Assembly: GCA_964590845.1 (NCBI GenBank)
Contig: CAZPYP010000003.1
Location: 1 to 58,283, forward strand
Source of the DNA: an uncultured Nitrospira sp.
GTDB taxonomy: Bacteria > Nitrospirota > Nitrospiria > Nitrospirales > Nitrospiraceae
Direction: 5' to 3'
DNA: 58,283 bases
Of the stretch, positions 1 through 9,730 are shown one piece after another (the stretch's first letter is position 1; each line of letters begins with the position of its first letter). A model generated the notes under the pieces. It was not told the origin of the DNA. It did not search any database and saw only the letters and a program-made list of their open reading frames with translations. The position numbers were made by a program, and so were the translations under genes.

Positions 1-86
1 GGCCAGGTGGAATTGCGCCTGGCGAAGTGGCCGAAGAGGCCGTAGGCCCCCGTCCAACTCGGATACAGCAGCAGCACCTTCATCAT
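1..86 (-). CDS. N-terminus (partial, runs off window) of probable cobalamin-binding radical SAM protein
   Basis: Minus strand reads MMKVLLLYPSWTGAYGLFGHFARRNSTW after GGAGG; KVLLLYP is a typical B12-binding domain start; same operon as another B12 radical SAM gene. Confidence 0.55.
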   Translation of the reverse strand, partial: MMKVLLLYPSWTGAYGLFGHFARRNSTW

Positions 87-135
87 GCACCTCCGCTTCG
101 GCTTCTTCGGACAATCACGGTCCTCATCCTCACGG

Positions 136-1959
136 TTACGCCGGCTTGACGACGTCGGGATATTCCGGGCTCATCCAGCCCTCCGCCGGGTCGATCACCA
201 TGTTCGCTCTGAATTCTTCACGGGAGAGATAGGGATACATGTCTTCGATCGGCGTCTTCCATCCGAAGATCCGCGGCTCGTAGGTGTGGTACTCGTCCAT
301 GTCTACGTCGCACACCACCGGGCCGTCGTGGCGCAGCACTTCGTCGATTTTGGCGTCCATCTCGGCGTGATTGCCGATGGTCACGGTCTTGATCCCGTAG
401 GCCTGCGCGAGTTTCACGAAGTCCGGAGGCCGATAGCCCTTGGGGCCGCAGGCTTCCGCCCGCCCTTGGAAGTTGGTCTCTTGATACGCTTTCGTGATTC
501 CATAAATATGATTGTTGAGGATGAACGTCTTGACCTTCACACCGTAGTTCACGAAGGTCTGCATCTCCTGGGGATTCATGTTGAAGCCGCCGTCGCCGAT
601 CGTGCAGACCACCTGCCTGGACGGCTCGGCGAACCAGGCCCCCATCGCGCCGGCAAAGGAAAAGCCCATCGGCGAATTGCCGTTGTTCGTCAAATTGCGC
701 TGGCCGTACTTGGTTTCGAACGCGTGGTTGCTCACGACGATATTGCCGCCGCAGTCTCCGACGAGAATGTCGGTCGCGCCCATTCTCTCGGACAAGCGCC
801 GCATGAAGGCATAGGGATGCACCCGCTCTTTCTGCGCAAAAAACTCGGGCCGCACGGGATCGTACTTGCGCTTCCATTCCATCACCCGCTCGGTCCACCC
901 GGCGCGATCCGGCAACGGCTTGCGCGATTGCTCCAACGCGCCCAGCAGCCGGCGGACAAAGGCCTTGGCGTCGCACAATATGTTGACGTCGAACGGCACT
1001 TGCTGGAATTTCCGCTGCACCATCGCCGGGTCGATTTCGACGAGATACTTTTTCGCGCCCCGCGCGAAGCTCTGGACGTTGCCGCCGGTGATGCGTCCGG
1101 AAATCCGGCTCCCGATCGACAACAGAAGATCGCTGTTCTGAATGCCGAAATTACGCCCCGCTCCGCCGTAGGTTCCGACGCGGCCGCCGTAGAATTCGTA
1201 ATCGGAGGTGATGACGTCCAGCGCATTCCAGGTCGGAAAGCATGGAATCTTTAAGCGGCGGCCCAGCTCCCGCACCTCGTCCTGCGCATCGGCCAGGCGG
1301 ACGCCCCCGCCCACGAGGAGAACCGGCCGCTCCGCCGACCGCAGGTCGTCGAGCAAACGTTCGATCTGTCCATCGACCACGCCCAGATCGAACGCCGCTG
1401 CGGCCGGAATGTCGAACCCGACCAGTTGCTTCGCGTCGATCTTGGCCTTCTGAATGTCCAGCGGAATGTCGAGCAGCACCGGCCCCGGCCTTCCGCTCTG
1501 GCAAAGCCACAGTGCCTTTTCCAACTCGTATCGGACGTCTTCAGGCTTCAGGATCATCTTGGCGTATTTCGTCACAGGAGCCGCCATCGCCACGATGTCG
1601 GTTTCCTGGAAGCCGATTTGTCTGATGGATGGATCGGGGCGCAGGAATCGCGAGTTGATCTGGCCGGTGAGAAACACGCAGGGAATCGAATCGTAGAAGC
1701 AGTTACCCATCGACGTGAGGAGATTCATGCCGCCAGGCCCGCTGGTGGCGATCGCCACCCCCGGAATGCCCTTCACCTTGGCATAGGCCTCTGCGGCGAA
1801 TCCCCCGGCTTGCTCATGCATAACCGCGACGTATTGCGTCGCCGCCGTGCGGGTGAAGGCGTCGATGAGATCGCCGTTGGCCGCGCCGTAGACGACGAAC
1901 ATCCTGTCGATGCCGCGCTCGGCCAGAGTGTTGATGATGAAGTCTGCGACTTTGATCAT
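136..1959 (-). CDS. Thiamine pyrophosphate-dependent enzyme, acetolactate synthase-like (YerE-like, sugar-cluster type)
   Basis: HEQAGGFAAEAYAK, TSGPGGMN, GQ..IGFQETD, ThDP motif GDGGF...NN; located in a sugar operon, no ilvN/ilvC adjacent. Confidence 0.9.
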   Translation of the reverse strand: MIKVADFIINTLAERGIDRMFVVYGAANGDLIDAFTRTAATQYVAVMHEQAGGFAAEAYAKVKGIPGVAIATSGPGGMNLLTSMGNCFYDSIPCVFLTGQINSRFLRPDPSIRQIGFQETDIVAMAAPVTKYAKMILKPEDVRYELEKALWLCQSGRPGPVLLDIPLDIQKAKIDAKQLVGFDIPAAAAFDLGVVDGQIERLLDDLRSAERPVLLVGGGVRLADAQDEVRELGRRLKIPCFPTWNALDVITSDYEFYGGRVGTYGGAGRNFGIQNSDLLLSIGSRISGRITGGNVQSFARGAKKYLVEIDPAMVQRKFQQVPFDVNILCDAKAFVRRLLGALEQSRKPLPDRAGWTERVMEWKRKYDPVRPEFFAQKERVHPYAFMRRLSERMGATDILVGDCGGNIVVSNHAFETKYGQRNLTNNGNSPMGFSFAGAMGAWFAEPSRQVVCTIGDGGFNMNPQEMQTFVNYGVKVKTFILNNHIYGITKAYQETNFQGRAEACGPKGYRPPDFVKLAQAYGIKTVTIGNHAEMDAKIDEVLRHDGPVVCDVDMDEYHTYEPRIFGWKTPIEDMYPYLSREEFRANMVIDPAEGWMSPEYPDVVKPA

Positions 1960-1982
1960 GCTTCGCTCCCCTTGTCGAATCG

Positions 1983-3488
1983 TCAGGCCGCTGAGGCGGC
2001 CGACTCATGGTGACGGCGCCGGACTTTGCGGGCGCACATCTCGCGGACGTGCTGCACGACCTCGCTCCCGAACGTCCGCTGCATCATCGCCAGGTACGCC
2101 TTGTTCGTGAAGTATTCCTGGAATGCCCTGTCGCGGAAGTCCAGCACCTGCGTGGCCGCCAGCGTCTCCGTCGGCAAGGGCAGACAGTCGTAGGCATGCT
2201 GCGAATAGCCGATCCAGCCCGGCCCTCCTCCGTCGTCCGGCAGCGCCCAGCGCTTCTGCTTGGCCAGGTCGTAGAGCGGGGACCCCGGATAGGCCATGGC
2301 GCAATAGAAGTTGGCCCACTCGGTGTTGAGTTCGAGCGCGAGATCCAACGTCGCACGCAGGCTGTCCGGATCGTCGTCCGGCAGGCCGAAGATATAGTTG
2401 GCGGCCACGTGGATCCCGTGGGCCTGGATTTTTCTCACGGTCGCGAGGATGTCGCGTTCGCCGAACCGGCCTTTTTCGACGCCGTCCCTCACGTGCTGGC
2501 TCCCGGACTCGATGCCCAATCCGAGCCAAGTGAATCCGGCGGCCTTCAGGCGCTCGAGCACCTGATCCTGCACCGTATCGACCCGCGCATAGGCCCAGAG
2601 GTTGAGGCGATACCCCCGCTCGATGATCCGGTCGCAAATGCCGAGTACGTGGCGGCGGTTCAGCACGAACATTTCGTCAGGGACCTTGATGTTCGTGACG
2701 CCGTACTCGTTGACGAGGCGGTCGATTTGCCCGATCACGTTGTCCGGACTCCAGGTCCGCAGCATCGGCGTTTCGAAGGGCGCGTTGATACAACAGAACG
2801 AACACCGGAAGGGACAGCCGAGACTTGTCTGCAACGACGCGTACGGGCTGCGGGCATCCAGACGATGGAAACAGTGCCAGTTGTGGGCACGGTACGTCGA
2901 CATGTCGAGGAGATCCCAAGCTTGCCCCGGCAACGTTCCGTCGAGATCCGCGATGAGCGGCGCGGAAGGATTACACATGGGCCGGCCTTCCTCCAGGTAC
3001 CACAGCCCCGGCACATCGCTCAGCCGGCGACCGTTCCCACACAAGACCTCGAGCAGCCCGAGTACCGTATGCGGCCCCTCACCCTGGCAGACGTAGGCAT
3101 AGGGTTCTTCGAGCAACGTTCTCTTCGGCAGGGCCGACGGATGCGTGCCCATGACGAGCGTCGGAATCTCGGTCAGCGCGTTGAGCCGTTCGCAGACGAG
3201 GCGACCGGCCGGCATACACTGCGTCGAGGCCGAAGGTTGCTGCCCATAGATCACGAAGACGGCGAGGGTGGGATCGGCCGCTGCGATTGCCTCTGCCGTT
3301 CGCTGGTGGTCGAAGCCGGACGCTTCGGCGTCAAGGATGGCGACTTCGTATCCGCGGTTACGGATGAACGTCGCAACCAGGCCGGCCCAAACCGGCGGCT
3401 CGATGGCGGCCAAATCTTTGCTCAGGTCCTGATAGACCTGTACCCGGCTCGGCGGCGTCACGAACAGCACATCAAGCGGCTTGGACAA
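1983..3488 (-). CDS. Cobalamin-dependent (class B) radical SAM protein, putative methyltransferase
   Basis: N-terminal B12-binding region (DVLFVTPP...EPPVW...GTHPSALP), CPFRCSFC motif, GIESGS, YIFGLP; TTG start after GGAGGG. Confidence 0.88.
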   Translation of the reverse strand: MSKPLDVLFVTPPSRVQVYQDLSKDLAAIEPPVWAGLVATFIRNRGYEVAILDAEASGFDHQRTAEAIAAADPTLAVFVIYGQQPSASTQCMPAGRLVCERLNALTEIPTLVMGTHPSALPKRTLLEEPYAYVCQGEGPHTVLGLLEVLCGNGRRLSDVPGLWYLEEGRPMCNPSAPLIADLDGTLPGQAWDLLDMSTYRAHNWHCFHRLDARSPYASLQTSLGCPFRCSFCCINAPFETPMLRTWSPDNVIGQIDRLVNEYGVTNIKVPDEMFVLNRRHVLGICDRIIERGYRLNLWAYARVDTVQDQVLERLKAAGFTWLGLGIESGSQHVRDGVEKGRFGERDILATVRKIQAHGIHVAANYIFGLPDDDPDSLRATLDLALELNTEWANFYCAMAYPGSPLYDLAKQKRWALPDDGGGPGWIGYSQHAYDCLPLPTETLAATQVLDFRDRAFQEYFTNKAYLAMMQRTFGSEVVQHVREMCARKVRRRHHESAASAA

Positions 3489-4677
3489 GGTTCCCTCCCG
3501 ACTCGCGGGCCAACTCGACGACCCGCCGCACACCCTCGATCACGTCCTCTTCTTGACCGCAGGTCGCGATACGCACGAAGGATTCGCAGCCGGCGCCGAA
3601 ACTCCGTCCCGGCGTGACCGCGGTGTGGCGCTCATCCAACAACCGGTCACAAAACGTTCGGTCATCCATTCCAGTCTCTGCGATATCGACGAAAAGGTAG
3701 AAACCAGACTCCGGCACCGTGCAACGCAACAGGCCGGAACGTTTGATCGTCGCGGCGCAGCGCTCGGTCATGCGCGCGCAATGCGCCTTGACGCGGGCCA
3801 CATATTCGTCGACGACCCGCAGGCCGGCGAGGCACCCGAGTTGCGTGAAGGCAGGCAAACACGAGATGAGCGTGGAGGAAGACAACGCCAATTTCTCGGC
3901 CACGGCCGGATGGGCGATCGCATATCCGGTCCGGTAGCCCGGCACGGAAAACAGTTTCGAGAAGGATGACATCACGACGAGTTGCGGCGAGGCGCAGGTG
4001 GCCAGGGTGAAGAACGGCCAGCCGAAGGCCAGTTCAGCATAGGTCTCGTCGCTCAACAGCCACACGCGTTCCTCTTCGCAGCGCTGCGCCAGCCTCTCGA
4101 GCATGGCTTTGGTGTACACCGCCCCCGTCGGATTATTGGCCGAATTGATGATGATCGCTTTGGGGCGGGCCGCCAGCGCCCGTTCGATGTGTACTGCATC
4201 GAGATGGAAGCCGTTGTCAGGGTCAAGCGGAACCGGAACAACCTCCAGCCCGATATGCGCGGCGGCAGCCCAATAGGACGGAAAGGCCGGCGTGAACAAC
4301 GCGATCCGATCGCCTCGATCACAGGTGAGATCGAGAAATTGGCTGATCAGGAGATTCGCGGGGCTCACAACGACCTGTTCCCGGCCGATGACTCGTCCGG
4401 CAACCCGCTCGTAGCGGGTCGCAAGGGCCTCTCTCAGCTCCGGAATTCCCGCCATCGGCGTGTAGCCCAGCTGCTTCTGGCGGATCGCCTCCATCGTCGC
4501 CTCGACGATCTCCGAAGGGGGAGGGATTCGCGGGTTCCCCAACTCCAGGTGATACACGTACTGTCCCGCCTGCTCCAGCCGTTGGGCCCGGTCCATCACC
4601 TTGAACATTTCCTGGCCGATGAGTCCTTCAGCCTTCGCCGAGAATGGGAATGCCGTCAGCACGGATGACGAAGCCAT
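3472..4677 (-). CDS. PLP-dependent aminotransferase class I/II (aspartate aminotransferase-like)
   Basis: GYTPMAGIPELR, NSANNPTG, SDETY, SFSKLFSVPGYRTGY; ATG at 4677. Confidence 0.88.
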   Translation of the reverse strand: MASSSVLTAFPFSAKAEGLIGQEMFKVMDRAQRLEQAGQYVYHLELGNPRIPPPSEIVEATMEAIRQKQLGYTPMAGIPELREALATRYERVAGRVIGREQVVVSPANLLISQFLDLTCDRGDRIALFTPAFPSYWAAAAHIGLEVVPVPLDPDNGFHLDAVHIERALAARPKAIIINSANNPTGAVYTKAMLERLAQRCEEERVWLLSDETYAELAFGWPFFTLATCASPQLVVMSSFSKLFSVPGYRTGYAIAHPAVAEKLALSSSTLISCLPAFTQLGCLAGLRVVDEYVARVKAHCARMTERCAATIKRSGLLRCTVPESGFYLFVDIAETGMDDRTFCDRLLDERHTAVTPGRSFGAGCESFVRIATCGQEEDVIEGVRRVVELARESGGNLVQAA

Positions 4678-4693
4678 TACGAATCTCCAATCC

Positions 4694-5464
4694 TCATGAC
4701 CTATACGGAGCGCCGGCCGCGGCCTCCCGACCGGACGGAAGTCCGGCGGACCAGCTGCGGCGAGACGCGCGGAATCCGGCGAGCCGCTCCGGCGTACCGA
4801 TGTCGTACAGCGGCGCGGCGCTGGTGAAGCCGAACACGCCACGCGTGAGAAGTGCCGGGAGCAGCTCGGTTTCGATCGAGTACGGCCGCCCCTCGGGGAT
4901 ATCACGCAACAGTTCGCGGCCGAATACATACAGGCCGGCGTTGTGATACTTCGCGGCGACGTCCGGACGCTTTTCCGCAAACGCGACGACGCGGCCATGA
5001 CAATCGAGAGAGACGAAGCCCACGTCCGCTCTGGCCCCCGCCTCGACCAGCGCCACCGTCCCAGCGCCGTTTTTCAGGGCGTGAAACTCCAACAACTCGT
5101 TGGGATCGATGTCGATCAACGAATCGCCGTTGGCGACCATGAACGGGTCACTGGTGATGAACGGAGCCGCCTGCTTCAGCGCGCCGGCCGTTCCGAGCGG
5201 CGAGGCCTCGCGGGACAGCACCAGCTCATACGGACGGCGCGATCCGGCGTACCAGCGGTCGATCACGTCGCTGCGGTATCCGGTGCAGAGCACGACGCGC
5301 TCGACACCGTGCCGTACGAAATGCTCGAGGATGAAATCGAGGAACGGCCGGTCATCGATCAGCGCCATGGACTTGGGGCGATCGCTGACGACCGGGCGGA
5401 GCCTGGTGCCCAATCCCCCGCAGAGCACGACGAGATCGCAGCCAGCGGCCAACATTCCGGTCAT
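4694..5464 (-). CDS. hddC: Sugar-phosphate nucleotidyltransferase, D-glycero-alpha-D-manno-heptose 1-phosphate guanylyltransferase-like
   Basis: LCGGLGTRLRPVVSDRPKSM, EASPLGTAGAL, NGDS, DIGTPE; coupled to hddA-like kinase. Confidence 0.75.
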   Translation of the reverse strand: MTGMLAAGCDLVVLCGGLGTRLRPVVSDRPKSMALIDDRPFLDFILEHFVRHGVERVVLCTGYRSDVIDRWYAGSRRPYELVLSREASPLGTAGALKQAAPFITSDPFMVANGDSLIDIDPNELLEFHALKNGAGTVALVEAGARADVGFVSLDCHGRVVAFAEKRPDVAAKYHNAGLYVFGRELLRDIPEGRPYSIETELLPALLTRGVFGFTSAAPLYDIGTPERLAGFRASRRSWSAGLPSGREAAAGAPYRS

Positions 5465-6531
5465 GCGGCGTTCTCCATCGGCATGGCCTTGGAACCGGCG
5501 ACCGAGGCCTGTTCCTCCGTCCAGGACAGGTCGCGAACAACCGGCGTCTCCTGTTGATAAAACACGATTTGGCTGCCCAGCCCCTCGAAACGAAACGGCA
5601 CTTGAAGGAGACCCGGCAGGGACGCCCTGATCCGGCTATGGGTCTCCGGCTTCGCGAAGAACAGCATGAACCCCCCGCCACCCGCGCCGAGGAGCTTGCC
5701 GCCGAGCGCCCCGGCGCTGCGTGCCGCTTCATAGATGTCGTCGATCATCGGCGTCGTGATTTTCGAGGTGAGTCCCCGCTTCACCATCCACGCCTCGTGC
5801 AAGAGCTCTCCAAACCCGGCAAGGTCGCGATTTCCTGTCAGAATCGACGTTCCCTCCTGGACCATCTGCAACATCGCAAACAGCTCGACCCGGCGCTGTT
5901 TCGTCCGCTCGATCTGCTCCTTGGCGATTTCCGACGCCATCCGGGAGAATCCCGTGAAATACAAGAGCAAATGGTCTTGAAACTCCGACAACCGCTCCGG
6001 CCGCATGACGATCGGCTGATATCCGATCTCGCCGTTCTCGAAGAATTTCACCTGGCAGAGTCCGCCGTGAGCGGCCAGGACCTGGTCTTGGCAGCCGACC
6101 GACTCACGCAACACGTCCTGTTCGATGTGGATAGCCGCTTGAGCCAACTCGGCCTTACTTGGCATCGTGTGCTGGAGCGCATACAGGGAGTGCAGCAGGC
6201 CCACCGTGAACGACGAACTCGAGCCCAAGCCGGTACGGGCCGGCAGGTCTCCGTCGTGATGGATCTCGAGGCCGTGTTGGATATTCAAGTATTGCAGGAC
6301 ACCGCGCACTGCCGGATGTTCGATGTCGTCGTTGGACTTCGCCTGTTCGATCCGCGAATAAGCGATGCGGGTGCGATGCTCGAAGAACGGCGGCAGATAC
6401 CGGCAGCTGATGTAGCAGTACTTGTCGATGGTGGTGGCCAGGACCGCGCCCCCGTGCTCTTTGAACCACACCGGATAATCCGTCCCCCCGCCGAAGAAAG
6501 AAATCCGGAACGGTGTGCGGCTGATGATCAT
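5461..6531 (-). CDS. hddA: GHMP kinase, D-glycero-alpha-D-manno-heptose 7-phosphate kinase-like
   Basis: RTPFRISFFGGGTDYP, DLPARTGLGSSSSF, GCQDQ, GGKLLGAGGGGF. Confidence 0.82.
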   Translation of the reverse strand: MIISRTPFRISFFGGGTDYPVWFKEHGGAVLATTIDKYCYISCRYLPPFFEHRTRIAYSRIEQAKSNDDIEHPAVRGVLQYLNIQHGLEIHHDGDLPARTGLGSSSSFTVGLLHSLYALQHTMPSKAELAQAAIHIEQDVLRESVGCQDQVLAAHGGLCQVKFFENGEIGYQPIVMRPERLSEFQDHLLLYFTGFSRMASEIAKEQIERTKQRRVELFAMLQMVQEGTSILTGNRDLAGFGELLHEAWMVKRGLTSKITTPMIDDIYEAARSAGALGGKLLGAGGGGFMLFFAKPETHSRIRASLPGLLQVPFRFEGLGSQIVFYQQETPVVRDLSWTEEQASVAGSKAMPMENAA

Positions 6532-6550
6532 CGCTTCCCCCGATCTGCGA

Positions 6551-7498
6551 TTAGACGTTTCCGTATGCCATGCTGCGCACGACGGTGTAACACTTGACGA
6601 GTTCTCTGATGCCCCGTTGCAACGACCATTCAGGCCGGAATCCTGTGGCCAGGAGACGCTGATTCGAAACGATGTAGTCCCGTTTGTCCGGATCTTCTCC
6701 GATCGGCGCCTCGAAGAAGGCGAACTGCGGGAGGACGCGCCGGATTTCCTGGCAGAGTTCCAGCTTCGACAGATTGGCGTCGTCCAGTCCGACGTTGTAG
6801 GGCCGGTCCTTCATCGCGTCGAAGTGGTCGATGGCGTGGAGAAAGGCGCGGACGACGTCGCGCACGTGGATATAATTGCGTTTGCACTGCCCTTCGAAGA
6901 CGACGACCGCCCGGTCCTGGACGGCGCGCCACACGAAGTCGTTGACCAGCAAATCCATGCGCATCCGCGGCGAAGCCCCGAACACGGTCGCCAGCCGCAG
7001 GGTGATGGCATTGCCGCGGTCCAACACGGCTCGCTCGGCTTTGACCTTGGTTTCGCCGTACAGGCTGATCGGTCGCAACGGACTTTCCTCGGTACAGGGC
7101 ACACCCGGCTGCCCGATGCCGTACCCGCTGTTCGTGACGGGAAACAGCATGCGCTGAGCCGGCGAGCTCAGCTTGCACAACATCTGCACGGCTTCGTAGT
7201 TGACGGATACCGCTCCGACTCGGTCCCGGTCGCAGAGGGGCGCGCCGACCAGGGCGGCCAAGGGGATGACGATGTCCGCGTCCCGTAGGAGGTCGCCGAC
7301 CAGCCGTTCGTCGCGGCAGTCACCCCGGACCACTCGAAAGTCCTCGTACGCGCAGCAGTCCAGGAGACTGTTTTGACGGAACAGAAAGTTGTCCAGCACC
7401 GTGACGCGAAATCCGCGATCGAGCAGTTGCTTGGTCAACACCGATCCGATATATCCGGCTCCACCGGTAATCAATACGCGGGCTGTGTTGTGCATCAT
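6551..7498 (-). CDS. NAD-dependent nucleotide-sugar epimerase/dehydratase (extended SDR)
   Basis: TGGAGYIGS, YGETK (YxxxK), LRLATVFG.SPRMR.DLLVN. Confidence 0.88.
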   Translation of the reverse strand: MMHNTARVLITGGAGYIGSVLTKQLLDRGFRVTVLDNFLFRQNSLLDCCAYEDFRVVRGDCRDERLVGDLLRDADIVIPLAALVGAPLCDRDRVGAVSVNYEAVQMLCKLSSPAQRMLFPVTNSGYGIGQPGVPCTEESPLRPISLYGETKVKAERAVLDRGNAITLRLATVFGASPRMRMDLLVNDFVWRAVQDRAVVVFEGQCKRNYIHVRDVVRAFLHAIDHFDAMKDRPYNVGLDDANLSKLELCQEIRRVLPQFAFFEAPIGEDPDKRDYIVSNQRLLATGFRPEWSLQRGIRELVKCYTVVRSMAYGNV

Positions 7499-7520
7499 TG
7501 TCAGACCAGTCTCCTCCGGG

Positions 7521-8471
7521 TCACCGACAGAACGATGGTTCAGAATGGCGGGCTCCGTCCGCCGACTCCACTATGCCGAGAAACCAACGAACGGTTCTGC
7601 TCAACCCTTCTTCCCACGGCGTGAACAGGAATTTGGGGAAGCGGTCGGTGAACGCCGCGCTCAGAAGCCGTTTCACAAGCACCCCTTCCGGCTGGCTGCT
7701 GTCGAACCGGATGAGCCCTTCGTATCTCATGGCGCGTGTGATGCCCTCCGCCAACTGTTTGATCGAAATGCCCTGATCAGGAGCGATGATGGTAGTATCA
7801 GGCGAACCCGATTGGTGCACGCGTTGCCACAACAGTGTGGCCACGTCGTCTACGAACACGAACTGACGGATGGCCCGCCCGCTTCCCCACACGATTAAGG
7901 GGCCGCCGGTCTGCTTGGCTTCCCAACAACGGCGGATCAACGAACCAACCACGTGGCCGTTGCCCGGCTCGAACCGGTCGTGCGGCCCGTACAGCGTGAC
8001 CGGCGTCAGACTGCTCCAATCCCATCCCGTTTCGGACACCACCAGGCGAATGTGCCGATCCAACAAGCGTTTCGCCTGTCCGTATCCCGCATTCCCTTCG
8101 TAGGGCGTACCGGACTGCAGATCCGCTTCGGTCGTCGGCCGGTCGCCGAATAACGGAAAGGCGCAGCTGGACAGCATCGCGATCAGTTTGGGCACGCGAG
8201 CCGCCCGGGCGGCGGCCAGGACCGATGTGTTGAGCAAGACGTTGTCCTCGAAGAAGGCCGCATTGTGCTCGGCATTCTCCTTGACTCCGCCGACCAGGGC
8301 GGCGAGATGCACGAGCGCGGAGGGGCGCACGTCCGACAGAATCCGTCGCGCCGTGGCGAAGTCCCGCAAATCCCCATCACTCCGGGAGAGATAGATCGCC
8401 TGAGGAGCCAGCCGGCGCAGCGCGGAACCCAGCAGTCCCGCGCCGCCCGTGACCAACACCGGTCCGTTCAT
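7521..8471 (-). CDS. GDP-L-fucose/colitose synthase-like epimerase-reductase
   Basis: TGGAGLLG, HLAALVGG, SSCAFP, YGQAK, LYGPHD, WGSGRAIRQFVFVDD. Confidence 0.8.
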   Translation of the reverse strand: MNGPVLVTGGAGLLGSALRRLAPQAIYLSRSDGDLRDFATARRILSDVRPSALVHLAALVGGVKENAEHNAAFFEDNVLLNTSVLAAARAARVPKLIAMLSSCAFPLFGDRPTTEADLQSGTPYEGNAGYGQAKRLLDRHIRLVVSETGWDWSSLTPVTLYGPHDRFEPGNGHVVGSLIRRCWEAKQTGGPLIVWGSGRAIRQFVFVDDVATLLWQRVHQSGSPDTTIIAPDQGISIKQLAEGITRAMRYEGLIRFDSSQPEGVLVKRLLSAAFTDRFPKFLFTPWEEGLSRTVRWFLGIVESADGARHSEPSFCR

Positions 8472-9664
8472 GCGGCCTCCAGTACGACGCGGGTGATGTG
8501 GTCGACGTCCGCGTCGTCCATCGACGAGTGATTCGGCAAAAAGAAGCCGCAGTGGTGAATGCGGTCTGCGACGGGAAAGCTGGCCGCGCCGTACCGGTTA
8601 ACCCAAAACGGATGGAGCCCGAGATTGCCCGCTGAAAAGATCCGGGTTTCGATTCCCTGCGCCGAAAGCGCCTGAACGATCCTGCGCCGCTCGGCTCGAT
8701 CCCTGGCCAGCAAGCCGAATGAAATGCTGGCCACGGTCCCGCCGGCAGGGGGGCGTTGAATGATGAACCGCTCGCCGAGCGCCTGGACGTACTGATTGTG
8801 ATGAGCCTGGCGCTGGCTCGTCATGCGATCCAGCTTTTCGACCTGCCCCAATCCGATGAATGCGTTGAGATCGGTGGAACGGACATTGAACCCGGGCTCG
8901 TAGAACACGAACGGCGAATGAAAATCGTCGATCTCGTACTGTTCGACCAAGCGCCTGTGCGACTCGGCTCCGAGATCTTTGCTCCAGCCATGGCTGCGGA
9001 GCATCAGCAGTAAGTCGTGAAACCGAGGGTCGGCGGTCGACACCATCCCTCCTTCGATCGTCGACATCTGGTGGCCGAAGTAGAAGGAGAAACTGGACAT
9101 GTCGCCGAAGGTGCCGACTTTGCGGCCATGATAGGTGGCACCGATGGCCGCGCAGGCGTCTTCGAGCAGATAGAACCCGTAACGATCCTTGAGCGCCATC
9201 AGTTCGTTCATCTTGTGGGGGACGCCCAACACCTGAACCAACAAAACGGCATGGGCCTCATGGCGCTTGAGCAAGGCTTCGAGATGGTTCAAGTCGAGCC
9301 CGAAGGTGTCGGGGTCGGCTTCACACATGATCGGCTCGAATCCGAACTGAATGGCCGGCGCAATCGACGTCACCCATCCCACGCTCGGCACGATCACTTT
9401 CTTGTTGCGCAACCGCCCGGAGAGCAGCAGCGCGTAATACATCAGCAGATTGGCGGACGAACCGGAGTTGCAGTGCACGGAATGCGGAGAACCGAGCCAA
9501 CGACTCCACTGTGCTTCGAACTCCAGCGTCACCGCGCCTTTCGTCAGCCGGGGATAGGTGCGCAACCAATCGATAAGCCGGTCGAGGTCCTGCCGATCGA
9601 TGGTGTCGTGTGCAAGGGACCATCGGGGGTTCAGCGGCGTCAACGGCGTTGCGGACAGGGTCAT
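8468..9664 (-). CDS. DegT/DnrJ family PLP enzyme, ColD-like GDP-4-keto-6-deoxy-sugar 3-dehydratase
   Basis: NSGSSANLL, LEDAC, SFYFGHQMSTIEGG with His at the usual Schiff-base Lys position, LRSHGW. Confidence 0.75.
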   Translation of the reverse strand: MTLSATPLTPLNPRWSLAHDTIDRQDLDRLIDWLRTYPRLTKGAVTLEFEAQWSRWLGSPHSVHCNSGSSANLLMYYALLLSGRLRNKKVIVPSVGWVTSIAPAIQFGFEPIMCEADPDTFGLDLNHLEALLKRHEAHAVLLVQVLGVPHKMNELMALKDRYGFYLLEDACAAIGATYHGRKVGTFGDMSSFSFYFGHQMSTIEGGMVSTADPRFHDLLLMLRSHGWSKDLGAESHRRLVEQYEIDDFHSPFVFYEPGFNVRSTDLNAFIGLGQVEKLDRMTSQRQAHHNQYVQALGERFIIQRPPAGGTVASISFGLLARDRAERRRIVQALSAQGIETRIFSAGNLGLHPFWVNRYGAASFPVADRIHHCGFFLPNHSSMDDADVDHITRVVLEAA

Positions 9665-9714
9665 CGTACGTTCCTCCCCGGTAATGAGACACCCCTCACC
9701 ACGGACGGTCTGTA

Positions 9715-9730
9715 ATCAAGAGACATGCCA
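9715..9730 (-). promoter_or_regulatory. sigma54-like promoter of sugar-biosynthesis operon
   Basis: Minus strand TGGCAT-GTCTC-TTGAT about 50 nt upstream of the ATG at 9664; -12 element is the TTGA variant. Confidence 0.55.

Noticed and set aside
136-1959. Calling the ThDP enzyme housekeeping ilvB
   Set aside because: No regulatory subunit or other ilv/leu genes nearby; embedded in a nucleotide-sugar operon
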